Shown in pieces: positions 8,998-18,668 of a DNA stretch of 64,000 bases. Origin of the DNA: Candidatus Latescibacterota bacterium (GTDB lineage Bacteria; Latescibacterota; UBA2968; UBA8231); the NCBI GenBank assembly GCA_965223905.1, contig CBDCXV010000009.1:640001-704000 (forward strand), given 5' to 3'. The notes under the pieces were generated by a model. It worked only from the letters and a program-made list of their open reading frames with translations, was not told the DNA's origin and did not search any database. How positions within the stretch are numbered: the stretch's first letter is position 1; each line of letters starts with the position of its first letter. Made by a program: the position numbers and the translations under genes.

Positions 8998-10230
8998 ATG
9001 AGCAAGACAATCCTGCTGATAGGAGCATTCGACACCAAGGGAACGGACTACGATTTCGTCCGCTCCGAGATTACCGGACGGGGGCACTCCGTACTGACGG
9101 TGAACTGCGGCGTGCTCGGGAGCACCGATCTGTTCCCCGTCGATGTCGAGGCCTCCGAGGTCGCCAGTGCCGGGGGGGGCAGCCTCGTGGAGCTGCGCGC
9201 AAGCCAGGACCGCGGCGCGGCGATGAAGGTCATGACCGCAGGGGCCGGAGTCATCGCCGCAAGACTGCATGCGGAGGGCCGCTTCGACGGCGTCATCGGG
9301 TTGGGAGGGAGCGGCGGCAGCACGGTGGTCACCTCGGCAATGCGCGCCCTGCCGCTCGGTGTCCCCAAGCTCTGCGTCTCGACCGTGGCTTCGGGGGACA
9401 CGTCGGCGTACGTCGGGCTCAAGGACGTAACCCTGATGCCGTCGGTCGTAGACGTCGCCGGGCTCAACCGCGTCTCGCGGATCATTTATGCGCGCGCCGC
9501 GGGAGCGATCTGCGGTATGGTCGAGGCGGAGCCGGAAACAGGAGGAGGCCGCGACAGGCCGGTGGTCGCCGCGTCGATGTTCGGCAACACCACCGAATGC
9601 GTCGAAGCGTGCGTCGAGGCGCTTTCCGACCACGGCTACGAGGTTCTGGTTTTCCACGCCACGGGAACCGGCGGGAAAACGATGGAAGCTCTCGTCGACG
9701 AGGGGCTCGTCGATGCCGTGCTCGACGTCACGACAACCGAATGGGCCGATACGGTATGCGGCGGGTTTTTCGACGCCGGTGAGGGTCGCCTGTCGGCCCC
9801 GGGCCGCCGCGGCATACCGCATCTGATCGTACCCGGATGTGTCGACATGGCCAACTTCCACGGCATCGAGACGGTGCCCCGACACTACCGGGATGCCGGC
9901 CGGACACTGTACGAGTGGAACCCATCGGTGACCTTGCTGCGCACGAATGTCGAGGAAAACCGGCGCATGGGGGCCGCCTTTGCAGAGAAGGCGAACCAGG
10001 CGCAGGGCCCGGTTGCCTTCCTGTTGCCATTGAAGGGAGTGTCGATTCTGGACGGAGAAGGGCAGCCGTTCTGTGATCGGGAGGCGGATTTCGCCATGTT
10101 CGAGGCGATCAGGTCCGGGCTCAGGGAGGACATCCCCGTTTACGAGATCGATTCAAACATCAACGACCCCGAATTCTCCGCTCGCGCCGTAGAGCTGATG
10201 CTCGAGTTGATATCGCGGAACCGGGATTGA
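8998..10230 (+). CDS. Tm-1-like ATP-binding domain protein (UPF0261)
   Basis: N-terminal 'IGAFDTKG.DY', 'GLGGSGGS', 'LPLGVPKLCVST', 'ASMFGNTT', 'VFHATGTGG..ME', 'PGCVDMANF'. Confidence 0.9.
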   Translation: MSKTILLIGAFDTKGTDYDFVRSEITGRGHSVLTVNCGVLGSTDLFPVDVEASEVASAGGGSLVELRASQDRGAAMKVMTAGAGVIAARLHAEGRFDGVIGLGGSGGSTVVTSAMRALPLGVPKLCVSTVASGDTSAYVGLKDVTLMPSVVDVAGLNRVSRIIYARAAGAICGMVEAEPETGGGRDRPVVAASMFGNTTECVEACVEALSDHGYEVLVFHATGTGGKTMEALVDEGLVDAVLDVTTTEWADTVCGGFFDAGEGRLSAPGRRGIPHLIVPGCVDMANFHGIETVPRHYRDAGRTLYEWNPSVTLLRTNVEENRRMGAAFAEKANQAQGPVAFLLPLKGVSILDGEGQPFCDREADFAMFEAIRSGLREDIPVYEIDSNINDPEFSARAVELMLELISRNRD

Positions 10231-10250
10231 TACAGGGATTGATACAGGGA
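10223..10250. repeat. Exact 12-bp tandem duplication spanning the Tm-1-like stop codon
   Basis: gggattgataca-gggattgataca-ggga. Confidence 0.8.
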
Positions 10251-10489
10251 ACAACGCCGAAACGTTATAAGAGGGCGTATTGCATCCTCCCCGATTTCCC
10301 GAAAGCGCCTGGAGACACCTTACCCGAGCTTTGGATTCTACTTGGCAGGCGGAATCTGGCAGCGCTCGGTTCGGGGTCATGGGACATTCCACGCTTCGCC
10401 ACGTACTAATCATGTTGGGGACGGGGGGATGAAGGAGTCTTTGACTTCGGGAACACCGCCACGGGGATCAGGAAGTCCGGAGAGAATCC

Positions 10490-10912
10490 ATGTCCAGAAA
10501 ACTGACTTTCGTCCAGCCTGACGATGTCGAGACCCAGGTCTTCGACTGGGGCAGGCTATCCTGGCTGTCGGAGCCGAACGTCACCGCTGCCGAACGCTTC
10601 AGTGCCGGCGTCGTCAGGCTCGAGCCCGGCAAGGGGCACGAACGCCACAACCATCCGTACAGCGAGGAGATCCTCTACGTGATTTGCGGCACCGGCCTGC
10701 AGACGGTCGAGCTGCCCGAAGGCAAGGTGGAGGAAGAGATCGGCCCCGGAACCCTGGTCCACATCCCGACGGCGCTGTACCACTCGACCATCAACAGCGG
10801 CGAGGATACCTTGGAGATGATTGCCATCTACGCCCCCTTCGGGCCGGAGGCGGAGCTGCGCCGCCTGGATGGAGTGGCACTGGAACCCTCGCGGCGATTG
10901 CGACAGGAGTAA
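10490..10912 (+). CDS. Cupin domain protein
   Basis: 'H.RHNHP..EEILYVICG' and 'PGTLVHIP..LYHST.N' cupin motifs. Confidence 0.88.
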   Translation: MSRKLTFVQPDDVETQVFDWGRLSWLSEPNVTAAERFSAGVVRLEPGKGHERHNHPYSEEILYVICGTGLQTVELPEGKVEEEIGPGTLVHIPTALYHSTINSGEDTLEMIAIYAPFGPEAELRRLDGVALEPSRRLRQE

Positions 10913-10917
10913 ATGCA

Positions 10918-11745
10918 ATGGCTTTCACGAGAGATAAAGTCCTGGCGCGCCTGCGAAAGCTGATCGATCAGGGGACGCCGATCCTCGGTGCGGGAGCCGG
11001 CACCGGAATCAGCGCCAAGTTCGAAGAGGCAGGCGGCGTCGACCTGATCATCATCTACAACTCCGGCCGCTTTCGCATGGCAGGCCGCGGTTCCCTAGCC
11101 GGCCTGATGCCGTACGGCGACGCCAACGCCATCGTCATGGATATGGCAGGAGAGGTGCTTACGATCGTCGAGGACACTCCGGTGCTTGCCGGGGTCTGCG
11201 GCACCGATCCGTTTCGTCGCATGGAGGTGTTCCTGAAACAGGTCGAGGAGGTCGGTTTCTCGGGGGTGCAGAATTTCCCGACGGTGGGGCTGTTCGACGG
11301 CATGATCCGCCGGAACCTCGAGGAGACCAACATGGGGTACGGTCTCGAGGTCGAGATGATCCGCCTGGCATCAGAGATGGGGATGCTGACCACGCCGTAC
11401 GCCTTCGACCCCGGCGAGGGTGCACGGATGGCCGCGGCCGGGGCGGACATCGTCGTCGCTCACATGGGACTGACCACCAGTGGTTCGATCGGGGCCGAGA
11501 CCTCGCTGAGCCTGGAGGAATCGGCAGAGCGGGTGCAGGCGATATGCGATGCCGCGCGGGAAGTGAATTCCGAGGTGATCGTCCTCTGCCACGGCGGACC
11601 GATCGCGATGCCGGCCGACGCCGAGTACGTCCTCAGCAACACCGACGGCGTCAACGGTTTCTACGGGGCCTCCAGCATGGAGCGGCTGCCGGTGGAAACC
11701 GCCATGGTCGAGCACATCCGCAAGTACAAGCAGATCGAATTCTGA
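10918..11745 (+). CDS. Phosphoenolpyruvate hydrolase-like / TIM-barrel signal transduction protein (homologous to the Tm-1 C-terminal half)
   Basis: 'GAGAGTGISAKFEEAGGVDLIIIYNSGRFRMAGRGSLAGLMPYGDAN', 'LCHGGPI', 'GFYGASSMERLP'; ATG 10918 after AGGAG. Confidence 0.9.
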   Translation: MAFTRDKVLARLRKLIDQGTPILGAGAGTGISAKFEEAGGVDLIIIYNSGRFRMAGRGSLAGLMPYGDANAIVMDMAGEVLTIVEDTPVLAGVCGTDPFRRMEVFLKQVEEVGFSGVQNFPTVGLFDGMIRRNLEETNMGYGLEVEMIRLASEMGMLTTPYAFDPGEGARMAAAGADIVVAHMGLTTSGSIGAETSLSLEESAERVQAICDAAREVNSEVIVLCHGGPIAMPADAEYVLSNTDGVNGFYGASSMERLPVETAMVEHIRKYKQIEF

Positions 11746-11776
11746 GACCGCACCGGTCCGGTAACCGGGCAAAGCG

Positions 11777-12301
11777 ATGCTGCCTCTCCGCAAGGTAGAG
11801 ATCCGCCGGCTCTTCGAGCAGGCCGCTCGCGACTACCCACCCCGGTGCGAGATCTCCTTTCTGCTTCAGAACTTCGATGACCCCCGCAACGTCGGTTCGA
11901 TGTTCCGCATCGCCGACGCGGTCGGGGCCAGCGAAATCGTCTGCACGGGAAAAACCCCCACCCCACCTCACGAAGAGATCGACCGCACCTCGAGGGGACA
12001 CGACCGCCGCGTTCCCTGGCGCCGCATTCCGAGGATCGACGAGGCGACGAAGAAACTCAAGGCGGAGGGGCATCATCTGGTGGCTCTCGAGACGGCGCGG
12101 GAAACCTGTTGCTATCTCGACTATCCGTATGCCGAGCGCACCTGTCTGGTCCTCGGCAACGAAACTAAGGGAGTCCTGCCGGCGACCCTGGGGGACTGCG
12201 ACGGCTCGGTTTTCGTCCCGATGTACGGAAAGGGGCCATCGATGAACGTCCACGTCGCCGCCGCCATCGTCGCCTACCAGGCGCGGATCGGATCCCGCTG
12301 A
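11777..12301 (+). CDS. TrmH/SpoU-family RNA methyltransferase
   Basis: 'DDPRNVGSMFRIADA', 'LVLGNETKG', 'VPMYG..PSMNVHVA' SPOUT motifs. Confidence 0.85.
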   Translation: MLPLRKVEIRRLFEQAARDYPPRCEISFLLQNFDDPRNVGSMFRIADAVGASEIVCTGKTPTPPHEEIDRTSRGHDRRVPWRRIPRIDEATKKLKAEGHHLVALETARETCCYLDYPYAERTCLVLGNETKGVLPATLGDCDGSVFVPMYGKGPSMNVHVAAAIVAYQARIGSR

Positions 12302-12418
12302 TCAGCGGGCCGGACGAATCGGTTGGAGAGTGCTTGGGTTGACGGGCAGCTGCGAAGACCGGGTGAGGTTACAGCGGCATCCGGATTAGAAGAAGCACCC
12401 CAGGCCGGGGTTGATAGG

Positions 12419-13987
12419 TCATCCCGAGTACTGGTTCTCCAGGCGGCGGTACTCCTCGACCAGATCGTCGTAGACGGCCCGGGCAGCAGCGTCAGGCAGC
12501 AGCGTCGAACCAGGGACCGGTTTTGCAAACGGAGCGATTGTTCCCGGCCAGCTGCGCTCCGTCCCCACCTGCTTGAAGTGACCGTGAGCGGCGCGCAGCG
12601 CCGCCCCGAGAGCGGCGGAGTTGGTCGTCCGGAAGCGATGCACGGGGGCTCCGTGCACGTTGGAGAAGATGCGCAGGATTTCGGTGTTTGCCGATGCCCC
12701 TCCGGTCACCGAAAGCGAACGTACCGGCACCTTCATCCACTCGCAGTGAATCCGCGAGGATAGGGCCTGCGCCTCGATTACCGCCCTGACGTTTGCGTCG
12801 GCATCGGCGGGGTCGAGTCCCTTGCGAACCACCCCTGGCACGGTGACGCGGGGAACGATCTCGGAGTCGAAGTAGGGAAGCATGAAGGCGCCTCCGTTCC
12901 CCGCTCCGGTGCGCCGCAGGGCGGCGGTGAACATCTCCCAGTCGAGGCCGTGCTCGTCCCTGACGGCCTCCCTTGCCAGGCTGCCGTTCATGAAACAGAC
13001 GAGGGCCATGTAGTTGCGCCCGTCGGGAGATGCGAAGACCGCCCCCTCTCCCGAAGTGGAAACCCGCGGTTCCCCCATGCAGGCAAACAGCGTGTCCGAG
13101 GTGCCGAGACTCAGCGCCACCTGCCCCGGCTCGACCAGCCCCAGGCCGATCAGACTGCTGGGGTTGTCCCCCGAAAAAGGCAGCACCTGGCATCCGGGAG
13201 CGAAGCCGTAGCGGCCGGCGAACCGGGGACTGATGGCGCCGGCAGGGCGGTCGGAGGGGGCGACTGGCAGGAGCTTGGCAGACAACCCGGGTGCGGTCGC
13301 GGCCATCGCCTCGGGGCTCCACCTGCGCGTTCGGATCTCCATGAGGTTGGTGCCGCTGCCGTCGCCGGGATCGACTCCGATCAGCCGTCCCGCAAGGAGA
13401 CTGGCGATGAACGAGCTGACCAGGCAGACCGTTGCGGTTGCCCTGTAGCCTTCGGGGTCGGTCTGGAAGAACTTGCGAATCTGGGGGCCGCTGAAGCGCT
13501 CGAATGCGGCGTTGCCGGTCAGCTCCAGGAGCCATTCCCGGCCTCCCACGCCAGCCTCGATCTCCCGGCACTGAGCCGCGGTCGACGAGTCCATCCAGAT
13601 AGGTGCGGTGGCGCGCGAGAAGATGCCGGAAAGCGCCTCGGCAGGGGTTTCCCCGGGGCCGAGCCGCGCCAGGGCGGAGCCGGCGGCTGCGTTCAGGTAG
13701 ACGGTGCCGTGTTGTTGGCCGCAGCCGGAGACCGCGGCTATGGAAGCGAGATCGCACCTGTCTCTCAGCCTTTCGAGCAGGAGGTCGAGGGCCTCGACCC
13801 ACATCAGGGGAGGGGCGTGCACTTCTCCCGGAGCGAGCTCGAGAGCCCCGTTCTCGACCCCGTAGCGGTCGCCGAAGTGCTCGTCGAACAGAACGGATTC
13901 CTCGGCCACGATGGCTTCCGTCGCGAAGTCGATGACCAGTCCGGTCATCGATTGGGTGCTGGCGTCGATGCCGAGAAACTTGCTCAT
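12419..13987 (-). CDS. xylB: FGGY carbohydrate kinase, xylulokinase-like (eukaryote-type XK motifs)
   Basis: 'FLGIDASTQS', 'SGCGQQHGTVY', 'PIWMDSST', 'FERFSGPQIRK', 'GDNPSSL', 'SLGTSDT', 'TGGAS.N'. Confidence 0.75.
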   Translation of the reverse strand: MSKFLGIDASTQSMTGLVIDFATEAIVAEESVLFDEHFGDRYGVENGALELAPGEVHAPPLMWVEALDLLLERLRDRCDLASIAAVSGCGQQHGTVYLNAAAGSALARLGPGETPAEALSGIFSRATAPIWMDSSTAAQCREIEAGVGGREWLLELTGNAAFERFSGPQIRKFFQTDPEGYRATATVCLVSSFIASLLAGRLIGVDPGDGSGTNLMEIRTRRWSPEAMAATAPGLSAKLLPVAPSDRPAGAISPRFAGRYGFAPGCQVLPFSGDNPSSLIGLGLVEPGQVALSLGTSDTLFACMGEPRVSTSGEGAVFASPDGRNYMALVCFMNGSLAREAVRDEHGLDWEMFTAALRRTGAGNGGAFMLPYFDSEIVPRVTVPGVVRKGLDPADADANVRAVIEAQALSSRIHCEWMKVPVRSLSVTGGASANTEILRIFSNVHGAPVHRFRTTNSAALGAALRAAHGHFKQVGTERSWPGTIAPFAKPVPGSTLLPDAAARAVYDDLVEEYRRLENQYSG

Positions 13988-14061
13988 GAAAATGGCCTTG
14001 GTTAGGTTGACTCGCCCCCCCGAAAACGTCCAGCAGCGAATACTCGCACAGATCAGGCTGC

Positions 14062-15408
14062 ATGCCAAGCCTCAGAGAGACCGATCCGGATGTCGCCGGC
14101 ATCCTCGACGCCGAGAACCGCCGCCAGCATCAGAAAATCCGCCTGATTCCGTCGGAGAACTACAGCAGCCGCGCGGTGCTCCAGGCGACCGGCTCAATCC
14201 TGGCCAACAAGTACTCCGAAGGGTACGCCGGGGACCGCTACTACGAGGGGCAGCAGCAGATAGACCGCCTCGAGGAGCTGTGCGTGCAGCGGGCGAAGGA
14301 GCTGTTTGGAGCAGGGCACGTCAACGTCCAGCCGTACTCGGGATCCCCGGCGAACCAGGCGGTCTACGTCGCCTTCGCAGAGCCGGGGGACAAGGTCATG
14401 GGCATGTCGCTGGCCCATGGCGGCCACCTGACTCACGGGGCCGAGGTCAGCGTCTCGGGCAGGTTTTACGAACCGGTGTCGTACGGCGTAGACCCGCGGA
14501 GTGGGCGGCTCGATTTCGGTGAAATCGCCGACCTGGCGCAGCGCCACCGGCCGAAGCTCCTCTTCTGCGGCGCCACCGCCTATCCGCGCGTCATTGACTT
14601 CGAGCGCTTCGCCGAGATCGGACGCAATGCCGGCGCTATCGTGGTTGCCGACATCGCCCACATTTCCGGCCTCGTCGCCGCCGGCGTCCACCCCAGCCCG
14701 GTGCCGCACGTCGACATCGTGACGACGACGACCCACAAGACCCTGCGGGGTCCGAGGGGGGGCATGATCATGTGCCGCGCCGAATACGCGGAAGCGGTGG
14801 ACAAGGCGGTGTTTCCCGGGTTGCAGGGCGGTCCGCACAACCACGTGACCGCGGCGATCGCGGTGGCGTTGAGGGAAGCGGCGTCCGGGGCATTTAAGGA
14901 GTACGCGGCCCGGATCGTCAGCAATGCCAGGACCCTTGCGGCATCGCTGAGCGCGCGCGGCTTCGACCTGGTGTCCGGGGGAACCGACAATCACCTGCTG
15001 CTGATAGACGTGTCAAACAAGGGGCTCACCGGCCACCAGATGGCCAAGGCCCTCGACGCAGCGGGCATCGTCTGCAATCGCAACTTGGTTCCGGGAGATC
15101 CGCGGCCGGCGCGCCGGCCCAGCGGCATCCGCATCGGCACGCCTGCGATCACCAGCCGGGGCTTCGGTGACGAGGAAATGTTTCAGCTGGCGGACTGGAT
15201 GGAGCAGGTGGCGGCCGCCAGGGCTGGCGGCACCCTCGACCTGGAGGGACGCCGGGCGCTATACAGGGAGATTGCCGGGCAGGTGAGGGAACTGTGCGAC
15301 CGCTTCCCGGCCCCCGGTCTGGACTACCCGGCGGGCGGAGCGGGTGAGAACCGCGGTTGCACGGATACCCAGGGAAGTGCGGATCCCAGGAGGCGGCACA
15401 GTCGATGA
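14062..15408 (+). CDS. glyA: Serine hydroxymethyltransferase
   Basis: 'LIPSENY', 'NKYSEGY', 'GGHLTHG', 'TTTTHKTLRGPRGG', 'GGTDNHL', 'SGIRIGTPA'. Confidence 0.97.
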   Translation: MPSLRETDPDVAGILDAENRRQHQKIRLIPSENYSSRAVLQATGSILANKYSEGYAGDRYYEGQQQIDRLEELCVQRAKELFGAGHVNVQPYSGSPANQAVYVAFAEPGDKVMGMSLAHGGHLTHGAEVSVSGRFYEPVSYGVDPRSGRLDFGEIADLAQRHRPKLLFCGATAYPRVIDFERFAEIGRNAGAIVVADIAHISGLVAAGVHPSPVPHVDIVTTTTHKTLRGPRGGMIMCRAEYAEAVDKAVFPGLQGGPHNHVTAAIAVALREAASGAFKEYAARIVSNARTLAASLSARGFDLVSGGTDNHLLLIDVSNKGLTGHQMAKALDAAGIVCNRNLVPGDPRPARRPSGIRIGTPAITSRGFGDEEMFQLADWMEQVAAARAGGTLDLEGRRALYREIAGQVRELCDRFPAPGLDYPAGGAGENRGCTDTQGSADPRRRHSR

Positions 15409-16619
15409 GCAACGTGCGAGGAAACGTGTACTCCCGGCTCGGAGTGCGCACCATCATCAATGCCGCGGGTCCGTCGACGCGCCTCAGTGGTTCGATCATG
15501 CCTCCGGAAGTGGCGGCGGCGATGAGCGAGGCATCGCAGTTCTGCGTAGATATCGCCGAGCTGCAGGGGAGGGCCTGCGAGAGGATCGCCGAGATCACCG
15601 GGGCGGAGGCGGGCTACGTGACCAGCGGCGCCGCCGCGGGGCTGCTGCTCGGAACCGCCGCCTGCGTCACCGGTCTCGACCCGGACAGGATGAACCGGCT
15701 TCCCGACACAACCGGCATGCGCAACGAAGTGATCATGGCGCGCAGCCATCGCAACTTCTACGACCACGCGATTCGCACGGCCGGAATCCGGTTGGTGGAG
15801 GTGGGCATTTCCGACCGCTTCAGCGGCGCCGGGGTCCGGGACGCCGAACCCTGGGAAATCCAGGCGGCTATCAACGACCAGACCGCGGCGATCTGCTACG
15901 TAGCGTACAGCCATACGCAACCGCCACTGCCCGAGGTCGCCGCTGTCGCGCGCGCCGCAGGGGTCCCGGTCATCGTCGACGCCGCCGGTCAGCTGCCGCC
16001 GGCGGGTAACCTGAAGCGCTTCATCGTCGAGGGGGCGGACCTCGTGGCTTTCAGCGGCGGCAAGGCGATACGCGGTCCGCAGAGTTCTGGCATACTGTGC
16101 GGACGACGCGACCTCATCCAGGCCGCGGCCCTGCAGCACCTCGATCTCGATATCTACTGGGAGCAGTGGAATCCCCCGGCGGTCCTTATCGACAAGGAGC
16201 GCCTGCCCGGCGCGCCGCATCACGGCATCGGACGTCCCTGCAAGGTGGGCAAGGAGGAGATCGTCGGACTGCTGACGGCGTTGGAGCTGTTCGTCGAGGA
16301 GGATGGGGTGGCGCGCCGGAGGCGCTGGTTAGACCTGATGCAATCGCTGCAGGAATCGCTCGCCGGCCTGCGGTGGAGCGAAGCGCTGCTGGTCGACGAT
16401 CCGAAGCGCTCGGAGATCCCGGTGGTACACCTGAAACTGGACGAAGCCGGCCTGGGAAAGACGGCGATGCAGGTCGTCTGCGAGCTGCAGGACGGGGCCC
16501 CGGCCATTCACGCCAACCCATCGCATGTGCGCGACGGCATCGTCGCCTTCGGGCCGCTCTGCCTGAAGGAGGAGGAGTTGGGCCAGATCACCGCCCAGCT
16601 GGCCCGGATAATCGGCTAG
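15405..16619 (+). CDS. SelA-like PLP-dependent enzyme (DgaE / D-glucosaminate-6-phosphate ammonia-lyase-like)
   Basis: 'INAAGPSTRLSG', 'VTSGAAAGL', 'VDAAG', 'FSGGKAIRGPQSSG', 'GRPCKVGKEEI'; ATGA overlap with the glyA stop. Confidence 0.85.
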   Translation: MSNVRGNVYSRLGVRTIINAAGPSTRLSGSIMPPEVAAAMSEASQFCVDIAELQGRACERIAEITGAEAGYVTSGAAAGLLLGTAACVTGLDPDRMNRLPDTTGMRNEVIMARSHRNFYDHAIRTAGIRLVEVGISDRFSGAGVRDAEPWEIQAAINDQTAAICYVAYSHTQPPLPEVAAVARAAGVPVIVDAAGQLPPAGNLKRFIVEGADLVAFSGGKAIRGPQSSGILCGRRDLIQAAALQHLDLDIYWEQWNPPAVLIDKERLPGAPHHGIGRPCKVGKEEIVGLLTALELFVEEDGVARRRRWLDLMQSLQESLAGLRWSEALLVDDPKRSEIPVVHLKLDEAGLGKTAMQVVCELQDGAPAIHANPSHVRDGIVAFGPLCLKEEELGQITAQLARIIG

Positions 16620-16665
16620 CCACCCCCGGCGAGGCCGGGAATCAGGGCCCCCGCAAGGGCTGCGT

Positions 16666-17205
16666 TTACCCGGCCCCGTATTTTGCCAGCACCTCCCGCC
16701 ACGTCCCCTGAGCCTTCATCACCAGCTCTATTACCTCCCTGATCGCCCCGCTGCCCCCCGGCGTGGTCGTTACGTAGTCGGCCCGTTCCTTGACCTCCGG
16801 ACGGGCGTTGGCCACGGCGACGCCGAGGCCCACCCTGTCGATGAGAGGAATGTCGGGAAGGTCGTCTCCGAGGTAGGCGACCTCCGCGTCACCCACACCG
16901 GCGGCGGCGCAGATCTCCTCGTAGGGAGGTATTTTCTCCAGGAATCCCTGGCGGATGTAGGTGATGCCGAGCATCTGCGCGCGATGGGTAACCCCCGGGG
17001 AGTCGCGCCCGCTGATCAGACCGCTGGACAGTCCCGACGCGTGCGCCCAGCGCAGCGCCATGCCGTCCTGCGCGTGCGACTGCTTGACCTCGACCATGCC
17101 TCCGTCCGGTCCGGGAACGTAGAACAGGTTCCCGTCGGTCCAGACCCCGTCGACGTCCATGAGCAGCAGGCGGATTCCGGCTGCCTTTCGTTCCGCGTCG
17201 TTCAT
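16666..17205 (-). CDS. kdsC: 3-deoxy-D-manno-octulosonate 8-phosphate phosphatase (HAD family)
   Basis: 'MDVDGVWTDG', 'ISGRDS', 'YLGDDLPD', 'GGSGAIRE'. Confidence 0.85.
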   Translation of the reverse strand: MNDAERKAAGIRLLLMDVDGVWTDGNLFYVPGPDGGMVEVKQSHAQDGMALRWAHASGLSSGLISGRDSPGVTHRAQMLGITYIRQGFLEKIPPYEEICAAAGVGDAEVAYLGDDLPDIPLIDRVGLGVAVANARPEVKERADYVTTTPGGSGAIREVIELVMKAQGTWREVLAKYGAG

Positions 17206-17224
17206 GTCGCCGGTCCGCCGGGGC

Positions 17225-18358
17225 TCAGGCCCGGAGCGGGACTGCTTCGCTCTGCGACTCGATGGCAGCGAGAAGCTTGTCGAACGGCTCGACGAACAGC
17301 TGCACCGCGTCCACCTGGAGTTGGTCGGTCACCTCCCTCATCGAGATACCCAGTTCCTCGATCCGGTCCATGATTCGCCGCGCCTCGTCGAGGTTCTCTT
17401 CCAGGGAATGCCGCACCTCCCCGTGGTCCCTGAATGCCTTCAGCGTCGCCTCGGGCATGGTGTTCACCGTCTCCGCTCCGATCAGCTCCTCGACGTACAT
17501 CACGTCGCGATATTCGGGATTCTTGGTGCTGGTGCTTGCCCACAGCAACCGCTGCGGCCTGGCCCCCTGCGCCGCCAGGGTGCGCCAGCGCCCTTCGGCG
17601 AACAGCTCGCCGTACCGGCGGTACGCCAGCTTGGCGTTGGCGACCGCGGCCTTGCCCAGCAGGCTGCGCAGCTCCTCCCCTTCGGAGGCGGACGCTCCTT
17701 CCATGCGCTTCTCGATGAGCCCATCGACCATGGTGTCGATGCGGCTGACGAAGAAGCTCGCGACGCTTGCCACCGCGCCCGGGTCGCCGCCGCGGCTAAT
17801 GAGCTTTTCCAGGCCGGCCATGTAGGCCTCGACGACCTCGACGTAGTTCCGGCGCGAGAACAGCAGGGTGATGTTGATGTTCAGTCCTTCACCGATCAGG
17901 TGCTCGACAGCCGGCACTCCCTCGGGGGTACCCGGGACTTTTATCATCAGGTTGGGGCGACCCACCGCGGTGGCCAGCCTGAGGGCTTCGTCGATGGAGG
18001 CCTGTGTGTCCCTGGCCAGGTGTGGCGAAACCTCGAGAGATATGAAACCGTCCCTGCCTCCGGTCTCTTCAAATACGGGCAGCAGCAAGTCGGCTCCCCA
18101 CTGGATATCCTCGACAGCGATCGTCTCGTAGATCTCCACCGGCGACCGGCCCGACCCCGCCAGGTGTCCCAGGGCTCCTTTGTAGTCACTCGATCCCGCG
18201 ATGGCTTTCTCGAAGATGGCCGGGTTCGAGGTCACTCCGCGCACGCCGTCAGCGGCGATCAACCGCTGCAGCTCGCCGGAAGTGATCATGCCGCGGCTGA
18301 TGGTGTCGTACCAGACGCTCTGGCCGCGACTTTGGAGGTCCAGCAGTGGGTTCGACAT
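17225..18358 (-). CDS. tal: Transaldolase (type 2)
   Basis: 'GQSVWYD', 'GVTSNPAIFEKA', 'SLEVSP', 'NLMIKVP', 'NINITLLFS', 'ASFFVSRID', 'LLWASTSTKNP'. Confidence 0.93.
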   Translation of the reverse strand: MSNPLLDLQSRGQSVWYDTISRGMITSGELQRLIAADGVRGVTSNPAIFEKAIAGSSDYKGALGHLAGSGRSPVEIYETIAVEDIQWGADLLLPVFEETGGRDGFISLEVSPHLARDTQASIDEALRLATAVGRPNLMIKVPGTPEGVPAVEHLIGEGLNINITLLFSRRNYVEVVEAYMAGLEKLISRGGDPGAVASVASFFVSRIDTMVDGLIEKRMEGASASEGEELRSLLGKAAVANAKLAYRRYGELFAEGRWRTLAAQGARPQRLLWASTSTKNPEYRDVMYVEELIGAETVNTMPEATLKAFRDHGEVRHSLEENLDEARRIMDRIEELGISMREVTDQLQVDAVQLFVEPFDKLLAAIESQSEAVPLRA

Positions 18359-18668
18359 TTCGACTTTCTCCGGGTCCCCGTCAGGGCGCGGCCCCGGGCG
18401 ACCGGGGCCGCGAACGAGGGGGACGTGTGTTGTTCGGGTTCGAAAATATCCCGCTTGCAGCCCTCCCTCGCAAACGCCTGAGGACCCCTGCGGCAGTCCT
18501 TGCAGGAGCGGATTTCCCGCTCCGCAATCAGGCGCCAAGCCGGGCCGCCAGCATCCGGGTCGAGCATGGAACGCTTCTTGCCCGGCCCGCCGAAGTCGAT
18601 GTATACTTACCACAAACAACAACATATGAATATTTGACTCGGCAGTTTCTCGCGATTCGCGCGGCGGT

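Noticed and set aside
15405-16619. Selenocysteine synthase / selenoprotein system
   Set aside because: Lacks the SelA N-terminal domain and fits the DgaE-like subfamily better; no selB, selC or selD in the window.
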